Assembly: GCF_004010195.1 (NCBI RefSeq)
Contig: NC_057727.1
Coordinates: 33,724,803 to 33,788,802, forward strand
DNA: 64,000 bases
From: Chiloscyllium plagiosum
Taxonomy: Eukaryota
Direction: 5' to 3'
Numbering within the stretch: the stretch's first letter is position 1; each line of letters begins with the position of its first letter. A program made the position numbers and the translations under genes. Positions 1 to 13,980 of the stretch are shown piece after piece. The notes below the pieces were generated by a model that searched no databases, was not told where the DNA came from, and was given only the letters and a program-made list of their open reading frames with translations.

Positions 1-582
1 ACACTGGGGGGACAGAATGCCAACTTGTGGAATGTTTCAGAGAACATCTCTGGGACACATGCACTCAACAACCCACCGCCCTGTGGCCGACCACTTAAAC
101 TCTCCCTCCCACTCCATCAAGGACATTCAAGTTCTGGGTCACCTCTACTGCCAAATCCAAGCCTGACACCTGGTGGAAGAACAACTCATCTTCCTCCTTG
201 GACCTCTTCAACCACACCACATCAACATCAACTTCACTAGTTTCCAAAATCTCCCCTCCCTCACCTTATCTCAAATCTAACCATCCAACTCGGCACTGCC
301 CTCTTGACCTGTCCTACCTGTCCATCTTCCTTTCCACCTATCCATTCCACCCTGTCCATGACCTATCACCATCACCCCGCACCTGCATCCACCTACTTCC
401 CAGCAACCTCACTCCCACCCCAACCCCCACCCTCTATTTATCTCTCAGCCCCCTTCGGCCCCCCCACCCTCACATTCCTGATGAAGGGCTTATGCCTGAA
501 ATGTCAATTCTCCTGCTCCTCGGATGCTGCCTGACCTGCTGTACTTTTCCAGCGCTGTACTTTTCCAGCACCACATTTTTCA
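1..582 (+). mobile_element. Penelope-like element 3' fragment (decayed GIY-YIG C-terminus, C-rich tract, pLTR tail)
   Basis: Homologous to 35926-36391 and 59745-60350. Tail reads CTGATGAAGGGCTTATGCCTGAAA...GATGCTGCCTGACCTGCTG. Confidence 0.8.
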
Positions 583-839
583 ATATTAACACTCATCGTC
601 AAATAAAGTTTGTTGTTAGATAGATTGACTTGACGCAAATTGAGGATTGAACCTAGGGATGCCTGCCTGTACAACAGGATTGTTTACTGTATAATTTTTT
701 TCAAAACCATTTCAAAGCTACATTGGTATATTCCCACTATTAGAATCCAAGTGGAGGGAAAATTCAGAAGTCCTGATAAGGAATACTAATAAAGTCCTAG
801 AATAGATCTGCAAACTGATTTAAAGACTGTAAGTGCCTT

Positions 840-1180
840 GGGGACAGTTCAGAGGAGGCTTACTAAATGGGGTTGATGACTTATGAGGAGAGATTGGACA
901 GGCTGGGTTTGTAATGCTGGAATTTAGAAGACTAAGAGATGATTTGATTGAAGCCTACAATGTCCTGAGGAGTTTTGACAAGGTAGTTTTAGAGCAGATG
1001 TTTCCTCTTTTGGGGCAATCTAGAATGAGGGGTCACTGTCTAAAAGTTAGAGTCAATCATTTAAAACAGAGATTGGACAAAATTGTTTTTCTTAGAGGGT
1101 CATGAGTCTTGGAACTCTGTCCCTGTGGAAACAGAATCGTTAAATATTTTAAGTCTGAGGTGGATTGTTTCTTGATAAGC
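840..1180 (+). mobile_element. CR1 LINE 3' fragment
   Basis: LEFRRLRDDLIEAY...MFPL.G.SR.RGH, the typical CR1 ORF2 C-terminus. Confidence 0.85.
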
Positions 1181-1199
1181 AATGATAGTGAAATGTTAA

Positions 1200-1410
1200 T
1201 AAAAACCAGAAGAACTGCAGATGCTGTAAATCAGAAACAAAAACAGTGGCTACTGGAAAAGCTCAGCAGGTCTGACAGCATCTGTGAAGAGAAAACAAAG
1301 TTAATGTTTCAGGTCCTCAGAGCTGAGGAACATCACTGGACCTGAAACATTAACTTTGTTTTCTCTTCACAGATGCTGTCAGACCTGCTGAGCTTTTTCA
1401 GCAATGTCTG
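1200..1410. mobile_element. PLE pLTR fragments in inverted orientation (~64-bp arms)
   Basis: About 1254-1317 is the reverse complement of about 1338-1401. Confidence 0.8.
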
Positions 1411-2177
1411 TTTAAGTGTTTCATACTTGATGACGTAGGATTTTAATTAACATTCTGAATAAATGAACCTGGGTTCTCCAAGGGTAATTGAGCTGATCAC
1501 CATGGCAACTTGTTTCTTCAGCAAAATCAAGCATATTTTCATTTCTTTAATATGTTTAGCCGCTTCAGCTAATCCAAAGCATCTGTTTCGATGTTAACAA
1601 AGCTTGGATTTATTTTAATTTTGTTTTAGTTAGGAAATTACTCTGTGAACAGGAAAACAAACACATGAACTTATGATCCATATGATAACGTCTCCTCAAA
1701 GCTGGTTTTTATTAATTGGGCATCATTCTCAATGACCGATTGCTCATGAAGCTGATTAAATTCATATGCTGATCCCTCCTTTCAGTAAGGTTTCAGAGGA
1801 TAATCTCTGATTTATCGTCATGTGATGAATTTTCGAGAAAAGATAATGCCCTGGAAGCTCTCAGTAAATTGAAATAGAAATGTATTGAATTGACATACTA
1901 CCATGTGTATTCTGTAATCCTCCACATTCTTTTTCTAGAACATTTAGCTTTGAACTTTTTAGAATTTACTTGGTGGGATTTGCTGTTAATCCTGTTTACT
2001 TGCAAAAGGAATCATACCCTTATTCCATCGATAAAGAAGCAGAGAAATGTGTGCCTCTGTAGAAACTATTCTTCATGTCACTGTGTCTTGTTTCTGAAGA
2101 CAGAGAATTTGAGGATCTCAATCAACTTTGTTGAGCTGAGCCGCAAACCTTGAAAATCTGTGTTCTCTCTTTTCCAG

Positions 2178-2310
2178 TTTGTTGAATGCATTGGGTTGAA
2201 TAGGAAACCATTTCATCTGATCGGTACATCGATGGGTGGTAATGTTGCTGGTGTATATGCTGCTCAGCACCCAACAGACATCTGTGGCCTAACTCTCATC
2301 TGTCCTGCAG
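2178..2310 (+). CDS. ABHD6: ABHD6 monoacylglycerol lipase, internal coding exon with the catalytic Ser (FVECIGLNRKPFHLIGTSMGGNVAGVYAAQHPTDICGLTLICPA/G)
   Basis: ttttccag acceptor, gtagg donor, 133 nt (phase 0 to 1). Contains the GTSMG nucleophile elbow and closely matches recalled human ABHD6 FVECLKLNKKPFHLVGTSMGG. Upstream exons lie outside the window. Confidence 0.96.
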
Positions 2311-2654
2311 GTAGGTTCTTGCTGACTTGGAATTTCAGTTTAAGAAGTGGAACACTGACCTGCACAAAAAAAGAATATCGTGGATGCTAGGAATCTGAAA
2401 TGAAAAAAAATTTGCTGGAAATACTCATCAGGTCAGGCAGCATCAGACAGATTCAGAAGTCCATATTTCTGTTCAAAGGTCTTTCATCAGAGCACTGACC
2501 TATGAAATTTTGTCAATTTTCATGATTCTTGACCAAATTCCAACAACATTACTTTAAGGCAACAAATATTGTTAATTGAATATGTTTTGTTTTCTCATTC
2601 TCACTAACTCCTGTGTTAGGAGATGCTATCTTGTAGTGACATTGCCTTCAGTTT

Positions 2655-2850
2655 GTGTTGATGCTTTGGGTATTTGGACTCCTACTGAAGCAGAATTGGA
2701 AGAATTCATCAGTATCACCAATAATTATCAACCATCCATTAAATATAAGGTCGCATCACATAAAGAAAGCCTTGATTTCCTAGATACCACTGTAGTTGAA
2801 TTGGCACCAGGCAACAGGTATAAGTCAGCAACCAAATTTTGTTTTTGAAA
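2655..2850 (+). mobile_element. Old Penelope-type reverse transcriptase fragment
   Basis: GIWTPTEAELEEFISITNNYQPSIKY...SLDFLDTTV resembles the PLE RT region after the YxDD motif. Confidence 0.65.
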
Positions 2851-4979
2851 ATAATTGACATAAAATTCTGTGCACATAAAGGCTATTGCCGTAAACGCAC
2901 CTTCTTGACTGGTCACAATGAATGTGTTTCCATTGCAAGACCATAAAGCTGGAATGTTTTAACCAGGCAATTACTCTGGTTTTTCTTTATTGCATTTTTC
3001 GACCTCAATCTCAGCTTTAAATTTAACTCTTTACACGGTGGATGTTATAATCGCATCTACCAAATGTTTTCTCCAGCTTTAAGTGAGTTGTTAGAACCCT
3101 TGATGATTTTTCTTTATTTTTATCATTTTTGGTTTCGATCTCTGAGCTGTGAGCTGAGAACTGAAGGTGACTTTGGACTCTGAGCAGCCACTTTGTTTTT
3201 TTAAAAAGGAACACACAAACTGGTTCAGAACTGGAAATTAATTGCTGGTCGATTCTTGTTCAAAGAATGTTCCAGATATTTTGGTTCTGGAGCTGCATTA
3301 TGCTGAAATAGATGATAGATGTTCAATGTGAACTGGGACCACACAGGGAAACAGCCTGTCTAACAAACTTAGACCAAAGTTTGAACTGGTTTTTGGACTG
3401 CGTTTAAGTCAGAAGGATTGTGCCTGGGAAAGCTACAACCTGAGGTTTTGATTGCTCCCTTATTGTCCTCTCATTTTGTTTGGAGAAAGTTTCGAGAATA
3501 GAATCTCAGTTATAAGTATCAAGTGAATATTCCTCAGAACCTATTGGAAGCTATTCTCATGCATTGGTGTCTTCAGAAACTAAGCAAGATTCAATCCCTT
3601 GTGGCTGTAATGTGGAGTCTTTTTAAGTGAAGTGGTCAGTTTTCTCATTTAGTTTTTCTTTTGATTTATCCCTTAACTGTCTCTGTTGAGTAATTTAATT
3701 TTATTGTGTTGCAAATACAGGAACAGGGAGGTGGATTTGATTTCGCTGTGTGTCGTAACATAGGATTTTACATTCATTTCCAAATAATTTATTACGTCAG
3801 TGATTTCAGGTTTTTTAGGTTCCTAGTTATCTGAGATACTTTGTTGCCAGGTTTAACACTCTACCCTCTCGGCAACCTCCTTCTCTCTACCCCTCTTGCA
3901 GCCTCTCCCTCTTCACCCCACCCTTTCCACCTCAGGAAACATTCCTCTTTCTGATGTATAACACTTGTGCCTAAAGGTTCTGGGTCAGGTATCAAGAGCA
4001 GACAACAATTTTGGATTCTGTTCCACTTCATGTGGTGCACTTATATTACTCAACTAAGCAACTTTACATACTCACAATGACACTAATTGCTTAGAAGCCC
4101 CAGAAACCTGTCTGTCTCAGGGGGTCAATCCATCAACGGATCTCCCAATCTGATTTTGGAGCAGATGAACAAACTGTACCATTGGGTTATTTATGATGTC
4201 TTTTTTAAAATACTTATTCCTTTGCTTTGAATGTACCATATAAGGTAATATCTGGGTTTGGCCCATTTTAATTGGTTTTTGATTAAATCACTGTCCTGTT
4301 TGAGTCATCACCAGATGTATTGTATCTGACCTCTTTTCAAGGTTATGCTTGAAGAAACACAGGCAGCTCCCTTCGGTGTTATCTCCAACTCCTTTATCCT
4401 TGTGGGCAAAGAAATAATGAGGCGCAATATTCCAACACTGTTTTTAAACTTTGAAGACTTCTGGCAAGAATCTATATAATTTCACACAAACGCAACCAAC
4501 AACAACCAGGCTTCTGAAGCAAGGGCACCCGACCTGAAATGTTGACTCTGATTTCTCTCCACAGTTGCTGTCAGACCTGCCAAGCTTTTCCAGCAGTTTC
4601 TGTTTTTGTTTCTGATTTCAAGTGTCCGTAATTCTTTTGTTTTTTTTATTTCTGTAATTTCCCCTGCTGCCTTGCTGTTGTCATACCCACAATGTAGTTT
4701 TTTTGCCAATCAATGAAATGCAACATGAAACAAACTCAGCCCGCAGAGCTTCACCAAAATCAGTTTACATTCATTAATAGTAAAGAAATAAAACAAAGTT
4801 ACAAAATTGAAAATTATTAATAGAAGTGTAAATAATACGTTGGCATAAAGAGCTATTGTATGTACTGGTTTCCATTGCAGATGGTCATCTTGGTAAGAAG
4901 GTGGCTCCTGACTCCCTCTCATAATGGCCTCTGGAAAATGGCTCCCAGCACCAGCCCCAACCCTAGCCCTAGCCCAAGC

Positions 4980-5560
4980 ATCAGGCTGATCCTCTATCTC
5001 AATGCCACGTTCCCGCTTTCTCTCTGTACCCCTTGAGGCCTTTAATATCTATTTTCTTGAATATACTCAGTGACCTGGCCTCAACAGCCTTGTGTGGTGG
5101 GATGTTCCATAGGTTGACCAAGCTCTGAGTTAAGAAATGTTTCCTCATCTCAGTACTAAAAGGTCTTCTCCAAAACCTGAAACCATGATCCTTGGTTCTA
5201 GACTCCCAAACAAGGGAAACATCTAGTCTGTCAAGCTCTGTTAGAATTTTCATATGTTTCCATCAGATTCTCTAACCTTCCTACCCCCCCGCCCCCTCAC
5301 TCACCCTTCTAAACTCTACAGAGTACAAGCTCAGTCAAACCAATCTGTCCTCGTATGACTATCTGCTACACTTTGGTATCGGCTAGTGAACCTTAACTCC
5401 ACTCCCTCTTGGCAAGTATATGCTTTCTCAGGTAGGGAGGCTAAAACTGCACACATTAATCAAGACCCTGTAAAACTGCAGTAAGGCATTCCTACTTCTG
5501 AACTCCCATCTTCTTGCAATAAAGGCCAAGATGCCATTTGCCTTCCCAATTGCTTTCCAA
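4980..5560 (-). mobile_element. CR1 LINE 3' fragment
   Basis: Minus-strand ESRTKDH...EMRKHFLTQSLVNLWN. Confidence 0.8.
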
Positions 5561-6927
5561 CACATTCTACCTTGAGAAGCTGCCAGTTTAAATGGCAAGG
5601 TGGCAGCAGCTAAAATATGGCAGCTCCTGCTTCATTAGGCCATTGGCATTTACAAATGACCTTAGGAAAGTGTTACTGATTGGGCATGGAGACAGCACCT
5701 GCAATATGTCCAGGTATCAGGTTCCCAATGTGATGTTGAAAATCCCAGGATTTCAGAAGTTGCTGTCAAAGGTGTATTAATGGTGAGTGTTGATGGTTTT
5801 GTTGCCATTACAACTGCAAAACTGGTGTGTTTAGCTTTTTGGGAGTTCATCTGTTTAAATTCTGGAGCACAATTTAGATTAGGGTTTATGGAACTAAGCT
5901 TCCATAGTTCCTCTGAAGTCAAAACTGCAATTTTCTGGCTTTGTCTTGCACAAAAGCAAATGCTGATTGTGAAGCAGAAAGGACAGGCTGGCAAAGCAAA
6001 AGCTACGTTGCTGGCCTGTGCTGAAGACTAAAATGCATTGAACAACATGACAGCACAAGGTATCCACCATTGATACTTATTTATATATATTACTGGTGGC
6101 TTATTGTGAAATGACTTCCTGGGATAGTACTTCATTCTGTTGGAATTTTCTCTGGAGTTGCAAGTTGACAGCGCACAGCATGAATTGAAAGGCTCAATTC
6201 ATGCTAACGATTTGTATGTCTATTGCTGATATAACTAGAATCAGCAAGCTCTCTGAGAGGTTGGGTTTCAGTTATTGGTCATCAGGACTTTGTCTTTCTT
6301 AATGCTATTTCAGTGCCATGTGTGTTCTTTGGGCTACAGTTGAAGTTTGTGGAAAACCGGTAACAAAAACTGTAAGTTAAGTGGCTGTGATATTTGTAGT
6401 CTCTTTCTTTTCCTATACTGCATTACAAGAGTTTTGTAGAAAAATGTGCTTCATCAATGGCAAAGAATCATGAAAATAATGAAAAATAAACAATGATGAA
6501 AGAGAAAAGGCAGAAAAAGTGACAACTGATTTTAAATGCTTTAAAGTTTAATGTGACACCTGAAATTTAATGAAGATTATTGTAGTTCACATGGATACGG
6601 TTCACATTGTTCATTTCATCTGACATTACCCCAGGCTAATACTGCAGCAGATTGGAAGCAATCAAGCTGAATGAAACAGGCATTAAAATATTGATGTCCT
6701 CTGTGGACTGGAATTGTATTTTTCTTCATGTGGTGTGTGTGGGGAGGTGGTTGGGGGGTAGGGGGTGGTGGGAGGTGCGGAGGTAAGGGTGGGGGTCCAA
6801 AGCTATGGTAAATTCACATTAGCCGGGCATTGGCTCATGATTCACTAAAGGTACAGCATGTAAAACTCAAAATGTTTATTTGCTGTGTTTAATGTTAATT
6901 AGGTGAAATTCTTCTTTCTTGGTGTAG

Positions 6928-7085
6928 GTCTGCGGTATCCCAATGAAAGCAAATTTGTGAAAGAACTGAAGTCCTTAGAGGAAACAGGAGATGTTAGTAG
7001 AGTCCCCCTAATTCCGTCTACCCCCGAGGAGATGGAAGAGATGCTGAAGCTTTGTTCTTATGTCCGCTTCAAAGTACCTCAGCAG
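6928..7085 (+). CDS. ABHD6: ABHD6 coding exon (G/LRYPNESKFVKELK...PLIPSTPEEMEEMLKLCSYVRFKVPQQ)
   Basis: tgtag acceptor, gtaagt donor, 158 nt, phase-compatible with both neighbours. PLIPSTPEEM..ML.LCSYVRFKVPQQ motif. Confidence 0.96.
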
Positions 7086-7934
7086 GTAAGTGACCTCATT
7101 TCAAAGTTAATAGCTTGCAGGAGGAAAATGGTGAAAAAGAGGCAAGTGATTCCCGTGGAAGTGTATTTTATGCAGCTGCTTCTTGTGTAACAATGAAAAG
7201 CTATGTTAAGGTTTTTTTTTCTTAACTCGGATCCTGCTGCACTGTAAATGAGAACAGACATTTCATGATGGGTGATGCTTCTGGCATATGGTCAGCTGAC
7301 ATCAAGCATATGTTCCCTTTACCAGCAAATGTTTCCACTGACAACAGAGTTCGATATCCTTTCCATTCATCAGTACCAAATAAGTATTGTATTCCTCCAT
7401 GTTTTTACTGCCCAAATTTAGTGAGACTAATGAAGTTGACCTCAAAACGTATCATTAATGATCTCCGTTAAAGTTTGTTATGTTTATATCCTTGTGGATT
7501 TGATTGTCCGGAAACAGAACTCTGGTCATAGGTCACAGCTTCATGCCTGCAGTTGTAAGCTCTCTTGTCCTCCCTGTGCTTTCTGTTCTTAATCATCAGC
7601 AGGAAGCAAATTTTGTGACAGAAAACAGGAGGAACGCAGCTAACCTGATTTCCTTTTCTAAAAAGGCTGACACACTGGTATCATCAATTGAGGCTGGACA
7701 TGTTGCAGATGGATCTTTGTGCCATGAATTGTTCTGACCCATCTGCTACATTGCAAACGGAAGGAAAAGCAAGATTTGTGTTTATGTAGTGTTTCCCTTG
7801 ACCACAGATGTCCCAAACCACTGTCCTGGCAATGAGATGCTTTTTGAATTGTAGTCACTGTTGTTAATACAGGAAGCATAGTAATCAATTTTCATGCAAA
7901 CTGCCACAAATACCTATGTGACCATGAATGGATA

Positions 7935-8200
7935 ATATGATTTGTGATGTTGACTGAGGGATAAATATTGACCAGGACACCAGGAATGTCTTGCCTGCTC
8001 TTGAAATAGTTTGACAGAATCTTTTATATTCAGTAGCACAGGCAGACAGGGTCTGGGTTTGAAATCTCACATGATAAACATCAGAGTTTAGCACTGGAGC
8101 AACAGCCTTGGTTTTTGTGCTCAGGTCCTGTCGGTGGGACCTGAACCTGGGACTTTGTGATTGAGATGCATGTTCACCAACTGAGCTGCAGCTAACGTCA
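7935..8200 (-). mobile_element. Deu-domain SINE (SacSINE1/AmnSINE-like); second copy at ~22500-22712
   Basis: GGGATAAATATTG.CCAGGACACCAGG...GCAGAC.GGG...GTGGGAC.TGAACC...CCAACTGAGC..CAGCT matches my recollection of the reverse-complemented DeuSINE consensus. Confidence 0.65.
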
Positions 8201-10649
8201 AAAACAGCTCTAAATGGAACCCCAGAGAGTAGCCCTGTAACTCTGAACTGAAAAGAAACATTTTCAAAAGTTTTTTGGTTGAGGCTTAGAATTCTAATTG
8301 TACTGCTTTGGTTCTTTCCACCTTTAACTTACGTTGCAAGTGCTAAGGTTTCTGTGATGTTGTAGATGGTCACATTGGGCTGAATATTCCCATTTTCGGG
8401 CAAAGTGTATTTTGAAGTAAAATTGACAGTGCCCAGTCTACCGTGGCTCACAGAAGTTTTTCTAATGCAATCTTCCACTGTTCACCTCAGTAATTACAAC
8501 AACCATCTTGTGGAATCATGAAAGAAGAGGCAGAAATACTCACCACTGCCAGGACCTTCTGGCATTCATGCCACTACACTTTCGGTAAAGCCCAGCTGCG
8601 CACCACACAATGTGCATACTGGACATGGCCTGGGGGGGACGTTAACTCCTTGGTTGCTGGCAGGGGCCTGGAGGTGCTGGTGAACAGGGCAGTGGAGAGG
8701 AGAGGGCTGTGTTGTATCCTGCTCTCTGGGAAAGGAAGCTACATCACTAGACACAAGCAACCTGGACTGAGATAGTGACCCATGTCAGTGCAGTATCCCA
8801 GGTAAAATGCAATGCTCAGTTAGAGCAGAAGGAAGTTCGGTGCTCTACCTCGGTCTGCACAGGTAAGTGTCGCCATCTTCTGTCTGCTACCTCACACTGA
8901 CAGGGCCAGTTCTCACTCCAACTCTGCTACTGCTCATGCATCTCATCAAAGCTCCTGGAATATAACTCTCAGTACTACATGTGTCATGACACTCAGCGGC
9001 TCTCACTCTCCTAACTAACCCTTCCTGCCCCTGACAGAAACACCTCACCACCTCTCATGTTCCTGCATCACCATTAATGGCTCTCCCATCCACTTCCGTC
9101 AAACTCACTTCCTCTCTTTATCTCATTGTGGATGAAATTGGCTCACAGTTGGCCAAGAGGGCTAAGCCTGGCATGGGAGGAGCAGACATAAGATTTCTCG
9201 TGCCGGCTGGGGAAAGAATATCTAATTTGGCTGGTGAAGAGTGCAACGAGTGGGGTTGTGTGAGACCTACGTGGGTGAGCTTTATTATCCTGTGCTGCAC
9301 TGATCTCCCCTTACCACCAATGCTAACTCATTCTTAATCTGCATACGTTTTTATTCCTCTTAGAAAACTAACTCCATCTTTTCTCTTATGCTGCCCTAGT
9401 GACACCCAGTGAACCCTCACCCCAAAGTAGCCAGCTCTGGGGACCGTCAACGCTAACCTCCCCACCCCACCCGTGGAGTAGGCCATTCAATACCCAGATG
9501 GTGGCAAGGCTTTCACCTGCATCCTGCACCAGCTCAGAGGCTTCCACCTCAGTCGATTCTCTTTGTAGATTAGACTCAGGAGCATAATGCACTGACCACA
9601 TCTTTGGCACATTTCTGCAGCATTCCAGGCACCTGCTCAGTCCCAGACATAAGCCAATCCAACGGTGTCAGCCATTAGTAACTTGGTAAAAATACACAAG
9701 CAGGCACAGGAACATCAGGCAAATTTGTCAGATGTCCCGTCAGTAAGCTGGATCAGAAAATGGTGGAGTCCACTCATGTCATCAGTACCATTGCAGGCCC
9801 CAGCAGTCTTCATGGAGAGGTTCATGGCTGCCATGGAGACCCAGCTCCTGCACACTGTGTCTGCTGGATATGTGCATGGATCTGCATTCCACTGCTGTAG
9901 CCATTGGTACTGGACATGATTGGCAATGAGAGAGGGGATAGGGATCTCCCTCCTAAATGTCTCCTCCTCTCATTGGGACAGGGTGGTGTCCATAGGAACC
10001 CAGACAGAGGAGGCATCACTCGCAGAGCCCCAGAAGCTTCTTCTCAGGACACTGCAGAAGTGCCCAGCCCCTTCCCCTCTCTTTGCCTGTGATTCCAAAG
10101 TCTGCAGAAGTTGAGACTGAGCCTGATTCTAGGCAGGGCTAGAATCTCATCAAGATTAGGCCCTCTGGGATCAAATGCCCATTGATACATCTGACCAAAC
10201 AACACAGCTAATTCACAGCAGACTCCCTCCACACTAGCTTCAGGAGTTGGGATTACTACACATCTAGGTAATGGGAGAGAAAGGAAGATGAAAGCTTACT
10301 AAGGACTCATAGGTGATGTGGATGACACAGTACTGTAAATGATCCTGCACTTGTGTAAATATTTGTTCATTTGCACTATTAAAATGTCCAGAGTGTTTGT
10401 CACATGTCGCTCCAGTGAGGTCACACTCATGTGAGAGATGACCAACCTGTTCCGATATCCTCGATATGAAAGAAGCCACATAGCCAAGCATTGCTTATCG
10501 TTAACTTTGACATCACAAATAATATCTTACATCATGAATCATTAAAACATCATGTTATTGGCTGAAGCTAAGACATTGCACTTGAATATGGACAGCACTG
10601 ACACTAAAAACAATGTGCAGGATTTCTCTTAGTGTTGATTCCACATATG

Positions 10650-11045
10650 GAGTCATAGAGATGTACAGCAAAGAAACATATCCTTGGTCCAACCTGTCCA
10701 TGCCAACCAGATATCATAAATTAATCTAGTCCCATTTGGCAGCACTAGGCCCACATCTCTCTAAACCATTTCTATTCACATACCCATCCAGATGCCTTTT
10801 GTAATTGTAATTGTACTAGCCTCCACCACTTTCTCTGGCAGATCATTCCATACGTGCACCACCCTCTACGTAATAAAGTTGCCCCTTAGGTCTCTTTTAT
10901 ATCTTTCCCCTCTCACCCTAAATCTATGCCCTCTAGTTCTGGACTCCCCCACCCCAGGGAAAAGACCTTGTCTATTTATCCTATCCATGGCCCTCATGAT
11001 TTTATAAACCTCTATAAGGTCACATTCAGCCTCTGATGCTCCAGG
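10650..11045 (-). mobile_element. CR1 LINE 3' end
   Basis: Same family as the 3' end at 53831 and 62820-63320; GAGTCATAGAG tail. Confidence 0.85.
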
Positions 11046-11260
11046 TTTAGGTCAATTGGCTGGACGATTGATTTGCAGAGCAATGTGATGCCAACAGCGT
11101 GGGTTCAATTCCAATCTCTGGTTTGAGGTTATGTGAAGGATTGTCCTTCTCAACATCTTCCCTTGCCTGAGGTCTGGTGGCCCTCAAATTAAATCAACAC
11201 AATCGCTTCTCTCTCTAATGAGAGAAAAGCCTCTGTGGTCTGATAAGACTATGGTGACAC
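11046..11260 (+). mobile_element. tRNA-derived SINE of unassigned family; antisense copy at ~18545-18735
   Basis: B-box GGGTTCAATTCC; CTGATAAG.CTATG.TGAC end shared between the two copies. Confidence 0.55.
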
Positions 11261-13631
11261 AACTTATTCAACAACATAAAGGTCAAGGACTGCCAAACTA
11301 TCAGGTCCACTTATACTTTCCACTAAACAAAGGTTGCTTGCCAAATAAGGGACAGAAAATTAAACAATCAAAGGAAATCCAAACCCAGCTGATTCATTCC
11401 GGACTAAAAGCAAAATACTGTGGATACTGGAGGTCTGAATTAAAAACTGAAAGTGCTGGAGAAACTCAGTGGTCTGACACAATCTATGGAAAGAGAAACA
11501 GAATGAATAGGATTTCTCCCCTTTGGAACCTTTGAGTTTCTCCAATAGTTTTTGTTTTTATTTTATTTTCATAAAAGGATGAAAAGAGCTTCCATTCAGG
11601 CTGTCTCTAGTTTCTCATGTACAATGATGCATTGCTCTGTCATGCTGTCTTGCATGTACATCCTGGTCAATGTTCTGATCCTGATCACTATCTTCATCCT
11701 TAGAAGATTGCTGTTGATCCCTCCTTCCCTCTGCATCCAGGATACCATCCCGCCCCCCCCCCCCCCCCCTCACTTTATAATCTTCAGCTGTGAATGGCAC
11801 AGCCTGCCACAGTGATGTAGGGGCATCCGCTCTGGGCAATACTGCAAGGCTCAGCAGAGAGATCCAGGCATGGAAACTTGGCTGACCCTTGACCCCCATG
11901 AGGTCTGTTTCCCCTTTGACTTTTAGACTTGGCCTTTTGAAGCCCACACATTTGGTAGAAGCACGTGCACTCTGCTTGCTGTGTAAGCTGCTGACACGTT
12001 GCACTGCTGTAACATCTTGACTGTTTAGTGCTCTGAACTGTGACAAGCTGCCTGCCTCACCCTCTACAATAAAAAGCAATACAAATCAGAGAGACTGCAG
12101 CCTCCAATTGAGCACAGTGTGAGTGGGTGCTGAAAGATGTAGCTCAGAACCAGGGGGTGCATCCTTTGTAGATGCATGGGATGCAAATGTGTCCTCGTGG
12201 GCCAAGTGACCTGGCAGAAGTGCATAAGTCATAGGCTCAAACTGAAGTGCTGCAGAGCTGAAATGATGTGAGAGTTGGTCCAAGAGCAGGCATAATGAAG
12301 TGGTGAGGCTGGTGGCTTGCCAATGCCAAACTGTGTGGATGAATGGTGAAGAAGGATGGCATCAATGGAGAATCCAAATATCGTAATGAAGTCAGACTTA
12401 GGTGAAGTCTTGGTGCAGCCGCTAGGTAACGCTTTGAATTTAAGGCAGGAATTGGCACTGTCTAGTTTCGCAGGGAAATCAGGGAGAATTGAAGGTGGCA
12501 CATGAATGAGATGAGGCTAGTATTGAGATGCAAATGCATGGAAATAATATAGTTGCCACTCATGATACTAAACTTGCCACATGAAGCACAAGGGGAAAAT
12601 TGGGAATTACTTCATTTGTAAAGATTCTAATTTTTTTCATTCTTCCACTATTTTCCAAACATTCTCTCTATCCCCCAGCTTAAGGGAGTGAAAAATTCCA
12701 TCCAGTGTGTCTGGAGCATTATGTTGATGGTTAGGTTATTGCATTTAATCAGGCCTATCCCTTTAAGAGTCAGTGCTGAGGTGTTTTTTGCGATGTAAAT
12801 TCTGAGATGGTAAACAGTACATGCTGAGAGTGACAAAAGGCTCATCGAGGGAAGTGTCTGTGTATATCATCTGCCTATAAATTCCCAGCACCTGAACTTG
12901 GGGAGAGGCCAAAACATCAAGGTCAGAAAGACGGTAGGAAATTTTCTTTTTTAAAACAAAAACACTTTTAAGACTATTATGGTCACCATTTTAAGTATCA
13001 CAAGTCTATGATGGACTTAAGACTTTTTTTCATTTTTACATATATGTTAAAGTAAACTTTTAATTGGTGCACATGTTCTCTTTATTCAGGATTTTATTAA
13101 AAACTGACAGCACAAAATAAATGAAAACATAAGAAGAATTGAAGCAACTGATATAACTTAGTCAAAATTGTGCAGTCTGATCGGTAAATACGAGCACATC
13201 TTCAAAGCAGTCTATTAGTTATTGTACTTATTTAACAGTCACCCCATAATATGTTCAACTTTGATTCTGGTTTGGCTTTAATCTAAGAATCTGCAAAAGA
13301 GCTTCATTAATGAAAACAGCTATGAAAATAGTGATGTGGAAACAATCTTTCTTGAAGTACCCCTGAGGAACAGGATAGGATACTGTATACTAGAGGAAGT
13401 GTTATCCATGATCATTGTGGTTGTAAATAGAGAGGAAGTGTGTGCTGATACGATTACAGCAGATTAAAAGTCTACAGTAACATTTCCCTGCAGCTGACCT
13501 TGGTGAATCTGGCAATATTAAATTGGGATATTAGCAGAAAACATTTATCACACAGCATTTAGTGGGCCATGCAGCATCTATAGAGAGAAGCAGATTGAAT
13601 GTTTACTTTCAGGTTGTCAGATCAGCTTTCT

Positions 13632-13980
13632 TAGAATTATAGAATCCCTACAGTGTGGAAGCAGGCCATTCAGCCTATCGAGTCCACACTGACTCTCCGA
13701 AGAGCATCCCACACAGACCCACATCCCCACCCTATCCCTGTAACCCTGCATTTCCCATGGCTAACCCATCCGGCCTGCACATCCTGGGACACTATGGACA
13801 ATTTGGTGGCCAATCCACCTAACCCTGCAGATCTTTGGATTGTGGGAGGGAACTGGAACACCCAGAGGAAATGCATGCCGACATGGGAAGAATGCAAACT
13901 CCACAAAGACAGTCACCCGAGGCTGGAGTTGAATCCGGCACAATGAGACAGTAGTGTGAACCACTGAGCCATCGTGCCAA
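13632..13980 (-). mobile_element. HE1-type V-SINE
   Basis: Reverse complement of a tRNA head + V-domain + CR1-like tail. Confidence 0.85.

Larger units (their letters stand above)
8378..12701. mobile_element. Probable highly decayed PIF/Harbinger DNA transposon region, interrupted by CR1, SINE and PLE pieces
   Basis: Fragments near 8650-8860 resemble a Myb/SANT trihelix (LEVLV..AVERR; VSAVSQ..RKF). Loosely inverted ends GGGCTGAATATTCCC / GTGAAAAATTCCATCC. No intact ORF. Confidence 0.35.

Noticed and set aside
3040-3760. Possible LTR ending in GTCGTAACA
   Set aside because: Could not find a matching 5' end with a target-site duplication.
4957-4976. CCCAACCCTAGCCCTAGCCC telomere-like run
   Set aside because: Only 2-3 imperfect units; compatible with chance.
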